A stretch of DNA of 11,734 bases, taken from NCBI RefSeq assembly GCF_006345805.1, contig NW_021826891.1, forward strand, positions 1-11,734, in the 5' to 3' direction. Source of the DNA: Octopus sinensis. Taxonomy: Eukaryota. The notes under the pieces were generated by a model that had not been told where the DNA came from, ran no database searches, and saw nothing but the letters and a program-made list of their open reading frames with translations. Below are positions 8,916 to 11,734 of the stretch, one piece after another. A program made the translations under genes and the position numbers. The first letter of the stretch is position 1; each line of letters begins with the position of its first letter.

Positions 8916-8990
8916 ATGATAATAATAATAACAGCAGTAGCAACAACAACAAAAACAACAATAATAATAACAACAACAACAATAATTGTA
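8273..8990 (+). repeat. Compound (AAT/AAC/ATG/AGT)n microsatellite
   Basis: Trinucleotide runs that produce the poly-L/I ORFs. Confidence 0.95.
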
Positions 8991-9119
8991 GCGAAAAGAA
9001 CAAGAATAGGAACGTTAATGAGATTGATGAGCGCCATATCTATGATATTAGTAATTTGTAATTATGTCGATAAATGGAGTTTGTTAATGATATTTTGAAG
9101 TGAATGATTGTCAATATAT

Positions 9120-9274
9120 ACAGCATCATAATCATCATCGATATATTCGTCATCATCATCATCATCATTATCATCAGCAGCAGCAGCAGCAGTAGTAGCA
9201 ACGACAATGGATGCTGCGTCGTTATTATAAACATCACCTTACACCACAACCAAGGTTATCATCGTTGTCGTCGC

Positions 9275-9318
<44 letters not shown>

Positions 9319-9797
9319 CCACTGTCATCATCATCATCATCGTCATCATCATCATCATCATCATCATCACCACTGTCATCATCATCATCATCTTTATCAT
9401 CATCATCATCATCATCATCACCACTGTCATCATCATCATCATCGTCATCATCATCATCATCATCATCATCACCACTGTCATCATCATCATCATCGTCATC
9501 ATCATCATCATCATCATCATCACCACTGTCGTCATCATCGCTGTCGTCATCATCTTCGTCATCATCAGCATCATCGTCGTCGTCATCATCAACATCATCA
9601 TCACCATCCACGTAATTACATCAACATCGTCATCATCATCATCACCATCATTCACATCATCTTCTCTTCGTCATCGTCATAATCATCACCATCATGATCA
9701 TCATCATCATCACCACCATCATCATCATCATCATCATCATCATCATTATCGTCATCATCACCATCAACATCATCATCATTATCGTCATCATTATCAC
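9120..9797 (+). repeat. (ATC)n microsatellite containing a 51-nt higher-order repeat
   Basis: ACCACTGTC recurs at 9318, 9369, 9420, 9471 and 9522. Confidence 0.95.
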
Positions 9798-9837
9798 TTA
9801 TACACGGTGCAGTATACTTTTTCTTTCGCTTCTCTTA

Positions 9838-10183
9838 TTTCACGAGACGGGTGTGACCACGGCTTCGTAAACGTCTCATCACCTCACTCACATCGGCCAG
9901 GGCCCACTGACAGGACCCTTTGCTTTGCTAAGAGAAGTGTGGAGGATAATCCTTGTTTCAATGCCTCTGACATAGCAGAGAAAGTTGATGCCAGTCCCGG
10001 AACAGCTGTAAGGTATCTCCACAAACTTGGTTACTATGCCAGAGCAGCAAGAAGGAAGCCCCTTCTTCGACCAGCCAACATTAGTGGAGAAAAGACTGGG
10101 CCAGGGTGATGGTGGAGAGGCCACTAGCGTTTTGGAACGCTGTCATTCTCTCTGATGAGTCCAGATTTTCTGTATTTTCTGAA
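9838..10183 (+). pseudogene. Tc1/mariner-family transposase remnant (DNA-binding region to first catalytic Asp), disrupted
   Basis: FHETG (9838), then after a stop and frameshift RPGPTDRTLCFAKRSVEDNPCFNASDIAEKVDASPGTAVRYLHKLGYYARAARRKPLLRPANI. After a second frameshift (~10085) it reads KDWARVMVERPLAFWNAVILSDESRF. RKPLL and W..V..SDES.F are hallmark Tc1 motifs. The rest of the DDE domain and the TIRs are not seen. Confidence 0.88.
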
Positions 10184-10309
10184 ATCTGTATATACACCCA
10201 TGACGTAATTTTTTTCTATCTTGATCGTAATGTTTACGTAGACGTATTCGTATACGGAACGCCATAACTTTCAGTGCTGACTCAAAATTCTATAAAAGAC
10301 TACAGAGAT

Positions 10310-10480
10310 ATGGATATATATGTTATATATATATATATATATAATATATATTATATAATATATATATATATATTAATATATATATGTATATATATATCAT
10401 TATATATATATATATATGTCTTATATGTATGTATGGTATATATAATATGTATATATATATATATTATATATATATTATAT
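10310..10480. repeat. (TA)n microsatellite
   Basis: Dinucleotide runs seen directly. Confidence 0.95.
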
Positions 10481-10686
10481 AAAAGGGTTAGTAAAATAAA
10501 TTACTTTGCCGCATACTGAACTCGTTAGAAATAGCAGCTAAAAAAACTATTTCTAACACTTGAGTTGAATTGAGCAAACACTATATGAGAGAGGTTTTCT
10601 TTAAGTGTTAGAAATAGTTTTTTTAGCTGCTATTTCTAACGAGTTCAGTATGCGGCAAAGTAATTATTTTACTAAGCCTTTTATAT
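10477..10686. repeat. Long near-perfect inverted repeat (MITE/fold-back candidate)
   Basis: Arms 10477-10561 (85 nt) and 10603-10686 (84 nt) are reverse complements with one mismatch and one 1-nt indel, around a 41-nt spacer. Confidence 0.92.
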
Positions 10687-10789
10687 CATGTAATAATTTG
10701 AATTTGCCTTAAATGGTCCCTTTGCATACTGAATACTTGGTGAAATTGATTAATTAATTAATTAATTTTACCCTCAATTTGTTGAAATT

Positions 10790-10900
10790 ATTATAATATA
10801 TCTATATATTATATATATATATATATATGTATATATTATATATATATGTGTGTGTATAATATATATATATATATATAATATATATATTATATATATGCAT
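10790..10900. repeat. (TA)n microsatellite
   Basis: Dinucleotide runs seen directly. Confidence 0.9.
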
Positions 10901-10993
10901 GCATGAATTTATGCAATCTAAAACGAACCAAAAGAAAAAAGCCATTTTAGCAGATTCTAAACAGCACTCTATCTCTGGTAAAATTTAAGTTAT

Positions 10994-11101
10994 TACCACC
11001 ACCACCACCACCACCACTTCTACTACTACTACTACTACTACTACTCTACTGTTGCTGATACTGCTTGTTGTTGTAGTAGTAGTAGAGTAGCAGTAGTAGT
11101 G

Positions 11102-11143
<42 letters not shown>

Positions 11144-11187
11144 AATGGTGGTGGTGGTGGTGGTGGTGGTGGTAGTGGTGGTGGGTA
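10994..11187. repeat. Inverted compound microsatellite (ACC)(ACT)...(AGT)(GGT)
   Basis: The interruption CTACTCTACT (11041-11050) is mirrored by AGTAGAGTAG (11081-11090). Confidence 0.8.
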
Positions 11188-11212
11188 TTTGTTTTGTCCT
11201 TTCTTTCTCAAG

Positions 11213-11263
11213 GAATCGAAGCTAAAGAGATACCACATCAGAGATATAATTCCGGATTTTTGA
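11213..11263 (+). CDS. Possible terminal coding exon, product unknown
   Basis: Strong acceptor TATTTGTTTTGTCCTTTCTTTCTCAAG|G. Phase-0 reading is [16 protein letters not shown] (TGA 11261-11263). No nearby donor, and no homology recognised. Confidence 0.25.
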   Translation, partial: ESKLKRYHIRDIIPDF

Positions 11264-11299
11264 CAAGCGAACAACCGCGCTTGGCTCTTCCTCTCCTTC

Positions 11300-11734
11300 A
11301 CACACGCATGCGCACAAACACGCACACACACACACACATACACACATACACAAACACGCACACACACACACATACACACATACACAAACACGCACACACA
11401 CACACATACACACATACACACATACGCACACACACGCGCACATACACAGCGAAGAACATGCGAAATGAGAATATTTACTGGAGAGCAGCTGCATGTTGTC
11501 ATACGTGTGTGTGTGTGTGGCGGATAAGTGTGTGTGTGTGTAGCTATCTAGATATTATGTATATGCATGTATGTGTGTGTGTGTGTTTGTGTGTGTATAT
11601 CTATATAAATCTCTGTTGATTCACCAGAAGTGATAAATTGCAGCACTCTGCAAATACACACATACACATACATACATACATACATACATACATACATACA
11701 TACATACATACACACATATATATATTGTATATAT
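11300..11734. repeat. (CA)n, (TG)n and (CATA)n microsatellites with short unique islands
   Basis: (CA) ~11300-11446, (TG) ~11504-11600 and (CATA) ~11655-11715. Confidence 0.9.

Noticed and set aside
1094-9682. Long ORFs of poly-I/M/H/S/T/V/G/L/D in the ORF track
   Set aside because: They are read-throughs of stop-free trinucleotide microsatellites, open in several frames on both strands at once, with no domain content.
9800-9812. TA|CACGGTGC as a possible Tc1 TIR start
   Set aside because: No matching inverted copy found downstream, and it is too close to the internal transposase segment.

Overview
Eukaryotic, essentially non-coding (intronic or intergenic) DNA dominated by long, degenerate tri- and dinucleotide microsatellites. 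The SINE types and repeat density look like a coleoid cephalopod (octopus) genome; this is inference from recognition, not a database result. Supported elements are four tRNA-derived SINE copies or fragments, a frameshifted Tc1/mariner transposase remnant (~9838-10183), a probable non-autonomous Helitron-like repeat, a repeat carrying a hammerhead-like motif, and a near-perfect 85-bp-arm inverted repeat. Apart from the Tc1 fragment, the supplied ORFs are essentially microsatellite read-throughs. A few short unique islands have good splice signals and may be small exons, but no gene could be identified. The most unusual structure is a ~1.05-kb-period tandem array (~725-3830) built from 7-8 same-strand, 3'-truncated tRNA-like SINE heads, each unit with a shared leader, a T-tract and an ATC microsatellite. 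The right half is rich in fold-back structures. I see no firm evidence of a novel protein-coding system.
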